Made by a program: the position numbers and the translations under genes
Shown here: piece by piece, positions 12,801 to 24,921 of the stretch
Position numbering within the stretch: position 1 is the first letter of the stretch
How the letters are laid out: every line of letters begins with the position of its first letter
Notes under the pieces: generated by a model
Told to the model about the DNA's origin: nothing
The model's database searches: none
The model's input: only the letters and a program-made list of their open reading frames with translations
NCBI RefSeq assembly: GCF_000002075.1
Contig: NW_004797438.1
Location: forward strand, 361,535 to 425,534
Direction of reading: 5' to 3'
Length of the DNA: 64,000 nucleotides
Source of the DNA: Aplysia californica
Lineage: Eukaryota

Positions 12801-15800
12801 TTTTTTTGTCATTGGTAAATTAACCAGTTTACATCTATATGTTTCAGAGAGCAAGAAAAACAAATCAGAAACCTTTGAAAATAATAACAAACTAAACAGA
12901 AATTGCAGTGAATGTATAAGGGTTAGTTTTTCCCCTTTTGTAAATGATGTTTTGTGGTTTTTTGCTCATGCTCCAGCTGTTGATGAAATACAGTTGTCTT
13001 TTGATGATTATTAGCTTGCTCAGAAGTTCAGAAAAGACTTACAAACACACACTGAATGTAGAAAGATTAAGAACAGCTTTTGAAAATTCTTTGTTCATTT
13101 TTTTCCACTGCTTATTTAAACTGGCTCTGCTACAAGAAAAATTAGTAAAGCCAATTTTGTAACGACCTTGCAAAGCAGCATCAAACAACATTACTAATCT
13201 TTCTTGCCAGTTTTGGTATGAATTTCTTAAATAATAATGCGCATGTTACACAGTCCAATTGAGTCTAATTGAGTCTAATGGGCTTCTCGCGCCCGTCATA
13301 TTTGTTAACAGCATAGCTTGGATAAGGTCGCCGAGTCAAACTTTATTCCTACAAAAATCAAACTTTTAATATGGCCACAGGAAAGAGACCTGTACCTCAA
13401 AGCATTGTTTCCCTGACCCCATCACACAGATAATTTCTTCAGTGAGCTGAAAATGTCCTGACAGAAAGATTTCTATAATGAATATACTTCATAGTTTGTT
13501 GTAGTAAGCGTTTTATGCCACTCGCAAACAGATCATTAGAAAGAAACAATATTAACTTTTTTAGTTTGAGTTTAGAGAAGCACATCGACACAATAATGGT
13601 AATTTATTGCTGAAAAAAAATAATAACACAAACGAACAGAAATAACAGCCGCGAAAGTAAAGAAGTAGGACCCACCTGTAGTGCCTTCCTACCACCCGCA
13701 ATCTCAACTTTCACATTGTGTTTTTTTTTAATAATTAATTTAACTTTTTTTTTTTTAATCTCAAACAGAAAGACGAAAAATAATGAAGAAGACAGAATTG
13801 TTAAATAACACAGAACAAACGCAAACAAAAATATCCCACTATAGTCATAATGACAAAGCCCTTTAGAGTAAAAACACCAACAAACTTACCTGCCATGTTT
13901 CCACATAGTCAACATCAGAGAACAGAGTCTTGCCATTCTCATCTTGTGGACACATATCTCCACCCTCCTGTTGAAAAAATTGTACCAGTTAAGACATAGG
14001 ACTATCTTTAAACAAGTTTACTGAAGAGTCGTCATTGAGTTAAGAATTTTAACAGGAAAAAAAAGTTATTTTCATCAAATTTTTCACACAATAAAATGAA
14101 GCAATACACACATAAATGTGAGGCATGTTGAAAAAATGAGTTAATTCTCGCAATCCACGACCGAGTAGAGGTGTCGGCAAAAAAAAGACACATCAAATTT
14201 GTAGCTTTTAGACGGATCGCATTTCCTTCTATTAAACCGTTATTTATTTTACCTTTCAATCTAATAAATTGTACGAACCCAACCTAAACATTTCGTCTAT
14301 CTGTCGGAGTTCATGGGTTGAAAATCTGATAAATAACTCATTTCGTCAGTACGCTTCACAAATGTCACTTTTATGATCAACTTTCTATTTCTACAAGGGT
14401 GGACATCCCCAAAAACAGCCAAATAGATAACATCAACAATGCAAATGACAGTACATCTTTTTCCAGCCCACAACCTGGGAGTGTACCCAACATTCCTCCA
14501 GAGATTGTCAATGGTTCTCTTTCCATCTCACAAAAGACAGTGAGGAAGACCACATTCCCATCAAAGCTCTACAGCCTGAATTTTTCCACAGTTACAGGGA
14601 GCGCCCATTAGCGCAATCGGGTCGGGTCAAGTCGGGTCATCAGGTTGGATCGTTTTCTGGTGGTTTCAGTGCACACTACAATGCCACCACGATCGTACCC
14701 GACAACCTGAAGTTAAAGTAGAGAAACTTTTAACCTCAATGGCTTCCAGGGCTTCTTTCCGCAGTTCCCTGTTGAAGTGCTGTAGCAGCCTGGAATCCCA
14801 TAAACATGGGTTACATCGACAACTTTCTATTGTCTTCTCTAAGTCAATGGACTCCATTGTTGTCAATTGATGACGGTATTTCGCAAGGAAATGCCCGACC
14901 GTAACATCGCAGAGTCAACATTGACACGTGACTCAGCTTTGTTGTGACTGGCAACAAATCACCTGATCGCGTGACTTGCAGGCCTGAAAACAAACGCGTT
15001 TGTTTTTGAAGGTCACCGACCGAGTTGCTAAGTTTGTGCCACCATGGTCCCATTGCGTCCTCAATTTGGCTAGCCTCGACTACCAAATCGACCCGACCAG
15101 ACCGCGCTAGTGGGCACCCCCTATTACTTTGAGTATATATATCTTGGGGGAAAAGAAACTTGTGAATTCAGAAGCCAGTGGGAAATGAATTTACATAACA
15201 TAGGCCTACATGTAGTATAAGTGCAGTATGCAGACAATAAGAATTACTTCTCACAATCCATAAATGAAAACATCTGCTGAAAATCAACACAAGGGTCAAA
15301 TTTGTAGATTCACAACTGATGCCAATTTCTTAAAGTTACCCATACCTTTTTTCATTTCATCCTAATGCTTTCTTGCCAGGGTAAGATACTTAACATTTTA
15401 ACGTCACCAATTAGAAGAAGCTCCCTTGTGGTTTTTTGCCTTACTTTTTTTGATAGGATTGGTGACACACAAATAGTTTCAAAATCTGGTCTTTTTATGC
15501 AAGCAGACTGAGAAAGGGTATGTGTCCCATCCCCCTCCTCCCACCTCCCCCCCAACCCCCGACAGCCTGAGGGTAGCTAGAAGAGGTGTGAGCAAAGCCA
15601 GAAATAAAAACAACCCACTAATAAATAAAATTATCAAACGCTAACAAATAGCTCTAATCATTGTTATTCATATTTTCTTATTGGTCCTTCTTAAAGTTAA
15701 AGTATCTTTGTACCTACTCAGTCACATTCTTTTAGTTTCAGTGAGCGTTTTACGGCACTTTCAACACAATAAGGTCATATAAGTGTCGAAGATTAGAAGT

Positions 15801-18800
15801 GTTATAAGAGAGTAACAAACACAAAAAAAAAGGAGGGGAGATAGAGACGATAGATTTTTTTACAGGAAAGAAGGAGCAAACCACACCAGAGCACCCGCCA
15901 ACCACCCACTCAACCACATCCCCCCCCCTAGCCTCCGTACCCCATCCCCCATACAAACAGTCAAGAGTACGCCTCCAATACCTTGTATGCCATGGGCCAG
16001 TGCATGAGGTACAGGTCCACGGAAGCCACACCCAGGTCGTCCAAGGTTTTCTCCAGATTGGGGAGGACAAGGTCGGGTCTGTGACATGTGTTCCACAACT
16101 GGAAAATAGTCAAATACAGTAGTTTANNNNNNNNNNNNNNNNNNNNNNNNNNNNNNNNNNNNNNNNNNNNNNNNNNNNNNNNNNNNNNNNNNNNNNNNNN
16201 NNNNNNNNNNNNNNNNNNNNNNNNNNNNNNNNNNNNNNNNNNNNNNNNNNNNNNNNNNNNNNNNNNNNNNNNNNNNNNNNNNNNNNNNNNNNNNNNNNNN
16301 NNNNNNNNNNNNNNNNNNNNNNNNNNNNNNNNNNNNNNNNNNNNNNNNNNNNNNNNNNNNNNNNNNNNNNNNNNNNNNNNNNNNNNNNNNNNNNNNNNNN
16401 NNNNNNNNNNNNNNNNAGCATGTGCTTGTGTGAATGTGTGTGTGTGTGGGGGGGGGGGGAGGTTTATTATTATCTTTAAAGTTTTCAAACCACCCCACCC
16501 CCCACCCCTTGAAAATTCAATTAGCATCAAGGTTCGCCTAACAGCTTAACCAAGGCCTGCTTCCTGACGGATATGCTGTTAGGTGGACACCAATGTAGTA
16601 AGAATATTAACTGTAATTCAGTGCAAGCTCTGCTAATATGTATAAAAAGAGACAGACAAAATTATCTTGGTTACTACCAGCTATCTACAGTATGATTTAT
16701 CCATACTATAGTAGTAACAAATTTTTTAACATGGCACATGACCTCTCCTCTCCTTGACCCATATGCCACACACAAGTTTTATGAAACAAAGAACTTTGGC
16801 ACATTATCACGCAGGAATTGTTATATATTTTGAACCAGTGCAGCTTTTTTTACGTGTTACAGTTAGCATTGATAAGCACAACTTAATCCCCCCCCCCTAA
16901 AATGACTATAATATACACATATAAAAAAAAAATTATAGGAAGTTACAAAAGCAAAGTACAGTAGACCTAGATATATATCTTCTCCATATTCTATGAAGTC
17001 AGGAAAAGCATGATTAAATCTGGAACCCAAAGATTTACACTGAGTAGGAAAACCTACACACATATTAAACTTCATGTACCAGTTGTCAGTCTTTCTCTCA
17101 CGTGGAATTCTGAAATTTTATTAAGTACTAGCTAGCTGAGACTAGAACTAAAAGTAGTCCTTAGTGCCTTAGTATTCAGAATTACTGAAATCTGGATCTT
17201 AAGATTACTGATTGTTTATAATTGAAAGTGATAAAAGAATTGCTTTCCTGGCAAAACAATTCTCCAAACAAGTTGCCAGTAGCTGACCGACAACCTCACA
17301 TGTTCTATCTCCTTTGCAAAATATGAACATGTTTGTGCGTTGTAATAACTTTTTAATTTCGTAGTTTTACTAGAGGTTTTACGGCGCTCGCAACTGCAAA
17401 AGGTCATGTAAGCGCCAGAAGATTAAAGGTGTTACAAGAGAGTAACAAACATAAAAAAGAAGAAGGGGAGATAAGGACGACAGATGTTTGATAGGAAAGA
17501 AGAAGCAAACCCCACCAAAGCGCCCGCCAACCACCCACTTTGTAATAACTAGCAAACAACATCAAAGCAAAGACAAAGAAAACTTACCTTGCTGGTGATG
17601 AAAATATCTTCTCGTTTTACAACCCCCATGACAAAGAGTTCCTTGAGAGCAGTGCCGACGGCTCTTTCATTTCGATAAATGGCCGCACAGTCAATATGGC
17701 GGTACCCGGCTCGCACGGCTGACTTCACAGCTTCGATGACTTCTTCCTCTCCCTAGACAAAAAGAAAGTTTTAAAGTCTTTGCAAATCAAATCCTCTTTT
17801 CTTTGCTCAACACAGTGAAAAAAACACACTGACACAATGGTCATCCACTGCAGGACATAGCCATCCAACAACAACCTCCACTCAGCTTGTTTATCGGCTG
17901 TTTTCCATGTCCAGGTTGTTCCCCTTTGCTCTCTGATGTTCGTATTTCACCTTTAGTTTTAGTTTTTTAGTTTTAGTAAAGAGCACTTGAAACACAATTA
18001 ATAAGGTCATGTAAGTGCCAAAGAATAGATTATGTGTTACAAGAGAGTAACGTACACACAAAAAAGAAGGAGGGGAGATAAGGACGACAGATGTTTAATA
18101 GGAAAGAAGGAGCAAACCACACCAGAGCACCCGGCAACCACCCACATATTTCACCTTAATTCATTGCAAAATAGGCAGACAACAGAAATAAGGAAAGTTG
18201 TAAACCATACACACTGCATTTTCAACCAAATACACACAATAAAAATACATGCAAAAGTTGTAAACCATACACACTGCATTTTCAACCAAATACACACAAT
18301 AAAAATACATGCAATTATCGTANNNNNNNNNNNNNNNNNNNNNNNNNNNNNNNNNNNNNNNNNNNNNNNNNNNNNNNNNNNNNNNNNNNNNNNNNNNNNN
18401 NNNNNNNNNNNNNNNNNNNNNNNNNNNNNNNNNNNNNNNNNNNNNNNNNNNNNNNNNNNNNNNNNNNNNNNNNNNNNNNNNNNNNNNNNNNNNNNNNNNN
18501 NNNNNNNNNNNNNNNNNNNNNNNNNNNNNNNNNNNNNNNNNNGCCCCCACCTCACCCCCACCTTCCGAGCTAGAACATTGACAAATAACTTCACTTACAT
18601 CAAAGGCTAAATAACGTTTGGTTTAATAAAAAATTATTCACCGAATGAAAATTTGCAATCTATGCAGACTACAAACAAAATCAAAGTGATGAATAGCCTG
18701 CCAAATTCATTCTCAGTTCAATTGACAGTGTATCTGTCACTGACAATCACATTCTGTCAGCTTTGCAAAGGATGAATGTGCTTGTGTGTTGTAATAAGTA

Positions 18801-21800
18801 TCAGATACTAATCAGGAATATAAAATCCACACTCTTCAAACATTTTACAAGAGAGCAAATTTATTTTGGAAGGATAGCAGCGGAACATATTACGCAATAA
18901 GCAAAGTGGGCTTTAAGGGTTAGGATAAGTAGGGAAACCCTAGTGTATGGAGGGAGTCTCTGAATTAGCCGCAAACGTTCCCTCCTTTTCCTATTCAAAC
19001 AAAGCACTTTACCACTACAATCACTAAATTCAACATTATTATCAGCAACCATGACCTTTCTATTTTCCATAAGGAGCATTACGACCTCATGGGCTTATCA
19101 AAGGAAGTTGTACTACTAAACCTGTGTTATGAAACAAAAGGCTTTGCTTATCAGCAAAAGTATCACTATTTCAGTACACCCCAGCCAAGAGAAAGGAAAG
19201 GAAATTTAACAATAGTTTGAGTAGAATTCAGTGTTGTAAAATTTAGTGCTGTAGAATGCAGAATGCATGATTTATACCCATCACAGCTTGGAAAAATTAG
19301 CATTTTAATACATGGAGCAGAGAATGAAACTTAAACAGCGGTTTCAAAGCAAAATTATTACTAAGTAATTAGTTTTTTAAGATTTTCTAAATTTATGCGT
19401 CATATTTTATAATGGCCCCTTGATAGGAAGAAAGTATGGCTCTCAGAAATTTCTGATTAACTGATCTGCTTCTCGAGAACATGCCTATGACTCCCTTTCA
19501 GCACTACGAAAATAAACATCAAGACATGCTGAAAAACCTGAGTGCAGAGCCGATGCTATAGAAGGTAGAAGAATTCAAGACGAGCCTAAAAAAATCAAAG
19601 CAGACGTTTTTCACCATTCAAAATTAACCAAACTTAATATCGGCTTTGAGACTTCTGCACTTTTGTACATTTGAAGCTGCAGTGTAACAAGGTACTGAAA
19701 GCAAAGTTGTGGGACCCACACCGTTCACTCGTTTCATTCCTGATTTGCCAGGTTGGTCTACATTCCCACTCAAACCTTCAGCATAGGGGCTTTCGTGGTC
19801 GAGAGGTAATGGTGTTTGCCTCTCATTCAAAAAATCCTGGGTTCGAATCCGGACACAGACGGAAAATTGTTCTCCTTTCACCACCTCTCTTGCTCTCAGA
19901 CCAGGTTCTGTCGTCTGCTTTCATCTCCACTTTATGCCCCCCTCCCCCTACCTCCTTTGCCCCCTCCTCTGGGCTACTGACTCTTTCTGCAGCCTTTCTA
20001 CCGCTACTCCTTGGCCCCTTCTCACGGCTGTCTTTCTGCCACACCCCTGATCTTATGGTAGGTAAGATCTAATCCCTAGCCTTCTCGGATAAAGTTGACC
20101 GTTAAACATCCCATGGTGGTCCTAAAAAATCTATAAGAGTAGGCTTCGGCCGCCACCAGGGCAAAATCCAAAATTCCCTGCCAACCAAAAAATGTTTAAT
20201 GTGTCCTGCGCGCTCATATGACCTAATGCAGTTGCGAGCGCTGTAAAACACTTATTTTAAAAAAAACCAGCCTTGAGCACGTTTGTTTGCACATATCTGT
20301 CAACTCGGGCAATTTGAAGGCGCTCTGAGAGATAATAGTGGTTCTTCGGTGTGTTATCACACTAAAGAGACTCATTCCTTCATCTTTGTTTATCACGCTG
20401 GCTCATATGTCACAAAGTGAAACTTATCTACACGAGACCTTTCGGAATACCGTCTGCCCGGCGGTGACGTCAGCCAACCTGGCGAATTCAGCTTTTGCCT
20501 AGAGGACTTGAAAGACAGCTTGTAATTGCCACGAGACTTTTCTGTTACATACAAAGGAAAGACACGTCTGCAGCACAAATACATATTATTTTAAATAATT
20601 TCATCAGCTACATTTATTATTCAACCTGACTCTTATTCCTGCTTGTATCTATTGTTTTAGCACATTTATTCCTATAGAATTTTAAGCCATCTATGTTTCT
20701 GTTTTGTGTTCTCTTCGTTGCCTATTTCCCGGAGTTACCTTATTTGGCCAGGACCCTGGGTCGGCGATCCCATGTTCCACCCAGTTGAAATAAATAAGCC
20801 TAGCAGAGGGAATTTTAATGAGGAAAGGGGAGAGCCCCATTCGGTTGTCAAGAGTCTGGGCCTAAAACAACACNNNNNNNNNNNNNNNNNNNNNNNNNNN
20901 NNNNNNNNNNNNNNNNNNNNNNNNNNNNNNNNNNNNNNNNNNNNNNNNNNNNNNNNNNNNNNNNNNNNNNNNNNNNNNNNNNNNNNNNNNNNNNNNNNNN
21001 NNNNNNNNNNNNNNNNNNNNNNNNNNNNNNNNNNNNNNNNNNNNNNNNNNNNNNNNNNNNNNNNNNNNNNNNNNNNNNNNNNNNNNNNNNNNNNNNNNNN
21101 NNNNNNNNNNNNNNNNNNNNNNNNNNNNNNNNNNNNNNNNNNNNNNNNNNNNNNNNNNNNNNNNNNNNNNNNNNNNNNNNNNNNNNNNNNNNNNNNNNNN
21201 NNNNNNNNNNNNNNNNNNNNNNNNNNNNNNNNNNNNNNNNNNNNNNNNNNNNNNNNNNNNNNNNNNNNNNNNNNNNNNNNNNNNNNNNNNNNNNNNNNNN
21301 NNNNNNNNNNNNNNNNNNNNNNNNNNNNNNNNNNNNNNNNNNNNNNNNNNNNNNNNNNNNNNNNNNNNNNNNNNNNNNNNNNNNNNNNNNNNNNNNNNNN
21401 NNNNNNNNNNNNNNNNNNNNNNNNNNNNNNNNNNNNNNNNNNNNNNNNNNNNNNNNNNNNNNNNNNNNNNNNNNNNNNNNNNNNNNNNNNNNNNNNNNNN
21501 NNNNNNNNNNNNNNNNNNNNNNNNNNNNNNNNNNNNNNNNNNNNNNNNNNNNNNNNNNNNNNNNNNNNNNNNNNNNNNNNNNNNNNNNNNNNNNNNNNNN
21601 NNNNNNNNNNNNNNNNNNNNNNNNNNNNNNNNNNNNNNNNNNNNNNNNNNNNNNNNNNNNNNNNNNNNNNNNNNNNNNNNNNNNNNNNNNNNNNNNNNNN
21701 NNNNNNNNNNNNNNNNNNNNNNNNNNNNNNNNNNNNNNNNNNNNNNNNNNNNNNNNNNNNNNNNNNNNNNNNNNNNNNNNNNNATTATTATTTATTCTGA

Positions 21801-22640
21801 TTCTAGACTTCATCTGCATGGGGCAGCGTCATTGGTAAGGTATCAATTGACATTTTGTCGTCACACAGGTTTCGGATTTTTACTTTACAAGTGCACGTCG
21901 AGACTATATCTGGGTGTGTGAAAAGTAAGTCTTTGGGTGTAGTACTACTACTAGTAGTACAAGAAGCCAGGGCTAGGAGGTGGTTGTTTCTCACCTTTCA
22001 ATTTGTTTTCTAGTACACCTTTGAAGTATTTTTTGTTGCGGGTTGAGTTGATCAAATCAGTTTCTATTCACATTTCAGTGGCTTCAAATGTTTTGAAGTT
22101 TGTAGTGTGGATTTTCTTCTACTAAAACCTTTTCATACGTTGACACCCCCCCCCCTCTCTCTTCTCTCTTTTTCACCCACTCTCAATCTCTTTCTATCTC
22201 TATTTCTCTCTCTCACACTGACACACACACAAAACCAAAGGTGTACCGGTAGGTATAAAATTAAATGTCTGTCTTAAATTGTTGGGTTGAAGTTTTGAAG
22301 AGGGGTATCGATGGGAACTAATAAAGCCGGTCAGTTCTACAAACCACCAGCCGCCCCTGCAGGGTTCAATTTTTGGAAAAGGCTGAAGCTTTTTGATGCA
22401 CCGGTGAGCCGGTGAAGTGCAAAATAACATTAGGTAAGTGTTTCAATCAGCTGTTTTCGGCCAGCCGCAAAGTCGAATTGATGCCAGGGACATCATGTTC
22501 ATTTGACACACACACACACTCATAACAGAGAAGTTCGGAAATTTGTTGGAGCTCACCTGGAGTGGGGCATACGTCCCCAAGCCAATAATAGGCATCGACC
22601 TTCCGCTGGAGAGTTGGTAACGCTCACTTTCAGTCGCCAT
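6716..22640 (-). CDS. Aldo-keto reductase family 1 (AKR1A/AKR1B aldehyde/aldose reductase-like), complete 10-exon gene, 316 aa
   Basis: Exons 22557-22640, 17588-17752, 15982-16098, 13890-13967, 12512-12628, 11738-11841, 10007-10082, 9231-9314, 8214-8296, 6716-6758 total 951 nt in frame, all introns GT-AG. Motifs [51 protein letters not shown]-terminal [10 protein letters not shown]. Tetrad D49/Y54/K83/H116. Confidence 0.95.
7760..8203 (-). mobile_element. 5'-truncated RTE-type LINE in AKR intron 9
   Basis: [15 protein letters not shown]...[10 protein letters not shown]...[13 protein letters not shown]...WR, ending in a (TGA)n tail. Confidence 0.85.
8214..8296 (-). CDS. AKR exon 9 ([27 protein letters not shown])
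   Basis: TTGCAG| acceptor, AAT|GTGAGT donor, 83 nt, ends in phase 2. Confidence 0.93.
8495..8656 (+). mobile_element. Short SINE-like retroposon (family S1)
   Basis: Matches the multi-copy consensus, with stem-loop tail and (CTAAA)n end. Confidence 0.8.
9231..9314 (-). CDS. AKR exon 8 ([28 protein letters not shown])
   Basis: TTGCAG| acceptor, AAG|GTAAGG donor, 84 nt; NADPH-binding PKS..R motif. Confidence 0.95.
9752..9942. mobile_element. ~180-bp MITE with 6-bp TSD (family M6)
   Basis: ATATGC|CTGTCCGCG...CAGGGACAG|ATATGC; nested in an AWWT-family MITE relic (about 9478-9980). Confidence 0.85.
10007..10082 (-). CDS. AKR exon 7 ([25 protein letters not shown])
   Basis: TTTCAG| acceptor, CAG|GTGAGT donor, 76 nt. 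Confidence 0.93.
11110..11352. repeat. Degenerate ~35-bp minisatellite
   Basis: Units like CATTCTACATCACTCACTTTTCTGACATTCATATAA; inverted units at about 11110-11155. Confidence 0.65.
11738..11841 (-). CDS. AKR exon 6 ([34 protein letters not shown])
   Basis: TCCCAG| acceptor, AGA|GTAAGT donor, 104 nt, ends in phase 2. Confidence 0.93.
12512..12628 (-). CDS. AKR exon 5 ([24 protein letters not shown]...VAIQ)
   Basis: TTTCAG| acceptor, CAG|GTGAGC donor, 117 nt. Confidence 0.95.
13890..13967 (-). CDS. AKR exon 4 ([26 protein letters not shown])
   Basis: CAACAG| acceptor, CAG|GTAAGT donor, 78 nt. Confidence 0.95.
14118..14359. mobile_element. MITE with AAAT TSD (Sola1-like)
   Basis: AAAT|GTGAGGCATGTTGAAAAAATGAGTT ... 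AACTCATTTCGTCAGTACGCTTCAC|AAAT. Confidence 0.65.
14595..15121 (-). mobile_element. Non-autonomous TIR element carrying a MADF-like remnant
   Basis: TA|CAGGGAGCGCCCATTAGCGC...GCGCTAGTGGGCACCCCC|TA; minus-strand peptide [31 protein letters not shown]; relatives at 24922-25097 and 32922-33033. Confidence 0.7.
15731..15908 (-). mobile_element. S1 retroposon
   Basis: Full-length consensus match; degraded TSD ACTCARYCACATYC. Confidence 0.85.
15982..16098 (-). CDS. AKR exon 3 ([10 protein letters not shown]...[12 protein letters not shown])
   Basis: TTCCAG| acceptor, AAG|GTATTG donor, 117 nt; catalytic His. Confidence 0.95.
17351..17538 (-). mobile_element. S1 retroposon
   Basis: Full length; TSD TTGTAATAACT. 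Confidence 0.88.
17588..17752 (-). CDS. AKR exon 2 ([26 protein letters not shown]...DIFITSK)
   Basis: CTAG| acceptor, AAG|GTAAGT donor, 165 nt; carries catalytic Asp, Tyr and Lys. Confidence 0.95.
17953..18145 (-). mobile_element. S1 retroposon
   Basis: Full length; TSD TATTTCACCTT. Confidence 0.88.
19786..20266 (+). mobile_element. tRNA-derived SINE with Nin/Deu-like central domain
   Basis: A box TGGTCGAGAGG, B box GGTTCGAATCC; CGTTAAACATCCC..AAGAGTAGG..GGCAAAAT core; stem-loop tail shared with S1. Confidence 0.85.
22557..22640 (-). CDS. AKR exon 1 ([28 protein letters not shown])
   Basis: ATG at 22640; donor CAG|GTGAGC; phase 0. Confidence 0.9.
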
Positions 22641-24106
22641 CCTCCTGCAATATATAACTCAGTAACTCAGGAGTCAGTACTCAGTTGAGAAAAGTAAAAT
22701 GTGTTTCGGAAACAGATGACCCAGTTCAGACCTTAGAAGTCGGTGCCCTCGTAGCAGCCCAGCCGACCACTCAGACACAATGCGACCGAGATGTGTCAGA
22801 CAAACGTGTATTCGAGTACATTGACACTTTCGATTTGGCGACTCGTATTTTCAACTTTAAGTGAGAAACACATGTGCATACTTGAAAATCTTGGCTTAAA
22901 AAGTTCTTTTTTGAGCACACACGGACCCCAAATCCAATTTTCCTCTGTATTTTTATCCGTAGGAAAACGTCTTGTTTCCCAATGATAAATGATGAGACAA
23001 GCAAAACGAAACGATTACCGTCGCACAATTTTACATCCGATACATGAGGCCATGGCCTTTGAACTCCCAGGTCAGGTCATGTCAGGTTATGCATTTATTG
23101 CTAGCCTTGCAAAACTCGACCAAGGTCTTTAGTCACACAGTAGTCACACGCACGCACAAACTGCTAAATCTATCACTATCAACGCCAACGACAGACACTA
23201 CGTCTCGTCTAGCCTAGTGTACTGTAATCTGCTATCACCACCCACCATTAGATGGTCCTGCTTCAAGTAGCCTTACGAGTAACTTAGTACTTGCAGCAAA
23301 AGAATCGGTCGTTACGAGTTATATTTTTTAGTCTATTAATTATTTCGTAATAGCAGAGAACCAAAAAAAAACGGTTGGGGGGACTGTGTTACGCTGATAA
23401 AGATAATTGCAAACCGTGGTTAAGGCCAATGGTTATACGTTTTTGTCTAGGGCTAAAACAGCAAGCAATACGTACTCCCTCGTGAGAAGACACTAAAAAC
23501 ACGCCAAGTGAATTTCAAAATGGCTGGTGTCGAAAATAGAATAATGAAGGAAAGAAATTAGACATGCTTTTTTTTACACACCAATGGAAAGACAATGAGG
23601 AGAATTCTTTTCAGAAAGGAATGGATACAATCTTATTCGATCCTGTTTCTATCAACAGAATGAACCTAAGCTAGTAAAGATGATGACACCCCTGCCTCAC
23701 TGAATAAAGATAAAAGCTCCAGCAGGTTTCATAACTCTTCGTATTCCTTAACAAAAACCGCTTTTTCCTCGGTTACTTCTCCTTGAAGATACTTTATACG
23801 GAAAAGATGGCACCATGGCAACAAGTACAATATGTAGAAGGTCAGAAAAATCTATGGGCAGACTATTTTCAATAAATTTTACATTAACCACCCTACGGAA
23901 TTAATACGGGCTAGATTCTACATTCAATGGAGGAATTGATTGAAACAGAAGGTTATGAGACATTACGTTTGTTATGTTATGACGCTCTTGAAAAAGAATG
24001 AAGGCCACACTGACTTAGAAAATACAAGTTAAAAAAAAACGCGAACAGTGGCAGGGAGGCGAGACGAATCGAATGGGGGTATTATTATGAACATTTGTGT
24101 TCATTT

Positions 24107-24139
24107 CACAGAATTCTACACTTAGTGTAGAATTCTGTG
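24107..24139. mobile_element. 33-bp perfect palindromic insertion with 8-bp TSD
   Basis: GTTCATTT|CACAGAATTCTACACT-T-AGTGTAGAATTCTGTG|GTTCATTT. Confidence 0.75.
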
Positions 24140-24921
24140 GTTCATTTCAAACAAGGGGGATATCTCCCTCCGCCGAAGAGTAATCCGGCCAGCTTCTAGG
24201 CCTACCACACCATCACTATAAATTGGTCATAATTTCTTCGCTTCAGTACCCTCCAAGTTCACCAAACCCTGACTATAAATTGGTCACAATCATTTCTTCG
24301 CTTCAGCAGCCCTCACGACTGCGCAGTACGCCCTTCGAGAGGTTGAATCTAAGGCTAAGGTGCCCCCCACCCCCCCCCTGCGGACGCGGACTCACACACA
24401 GAGTGGTGCGAAGGTCGTGATTTTCAGGAGTCCGGCCAGCCTCTTCTTTTTTGGACACACACTCGGCAAGGAGTGCTCTGTCCAGACTCCAGAGGTCCGT
24501 TTCTGTTCGTTGGTGGGGATGTATCCCAGTGAGTGCTTCTCGTACTGCATCTCCGGTCTCGAAGATGTTTAAGTCTGTAGGTCTAATCCTCATCTGCTTA
24601 CCAGTACCCGAGAAGGTCCTTAAGCCTAAAGCCACTCACCGGAAGCAAGCTCACAGGTTGGGGGGGGGGGGGGGGGGGTNNNNNNNNNNNNNNNNNNNNN
24701 NNNNNNNNNNNNNNNNNNNNNNNNNNNNNNNNNNNNNNNNNNNNNNNNNNNNNNNNNNNNNNNNNNNNNNNNNNNNNNNGGGTTAATTGGAGGGAGAGCA
24801 GAAGGTCCTTTTCCCTGATTGAGATTATTTGCCTGGCTCAGTCGTCATTCCCACTTTCGTGTGCCGAGACTTTTTAGAGACGTTTGGAATGAGGGGAAGG
24901 GTTGACTGAAGATTGTTTATA

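Noticed and set aside
18191-18312. 60-bp exact tandem duplication
   Set aside because: It abuts an N-gap and cannot be distinguished from an assembly artefact or a collapsed repeat
20706-21819. Long ORFs (323-364 aa) in the ORF track, and similar ones at other gaps
   Set aside because: They are open only because of N runs
22641-22650. TTGCAG 4 nt upstream of the AKR ATG as a 5'-UTR or trans-splice acceptor
   Set aside because: There is no convincing polypyrimidine tract and it cannot be supported without transcripts
23068-23089. Cluster of AGGTCA nuclear-receptor half-sites
   Set aside because: Better explained as a (CAGGT)n microsatellite or retroposon tail
24370-24650. Possible RT-like peptide (DAVREALTGIHP...PQGG) on the minus strand
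   Set aside because: Too short and degraded to assign without a search; probably a LINE relic
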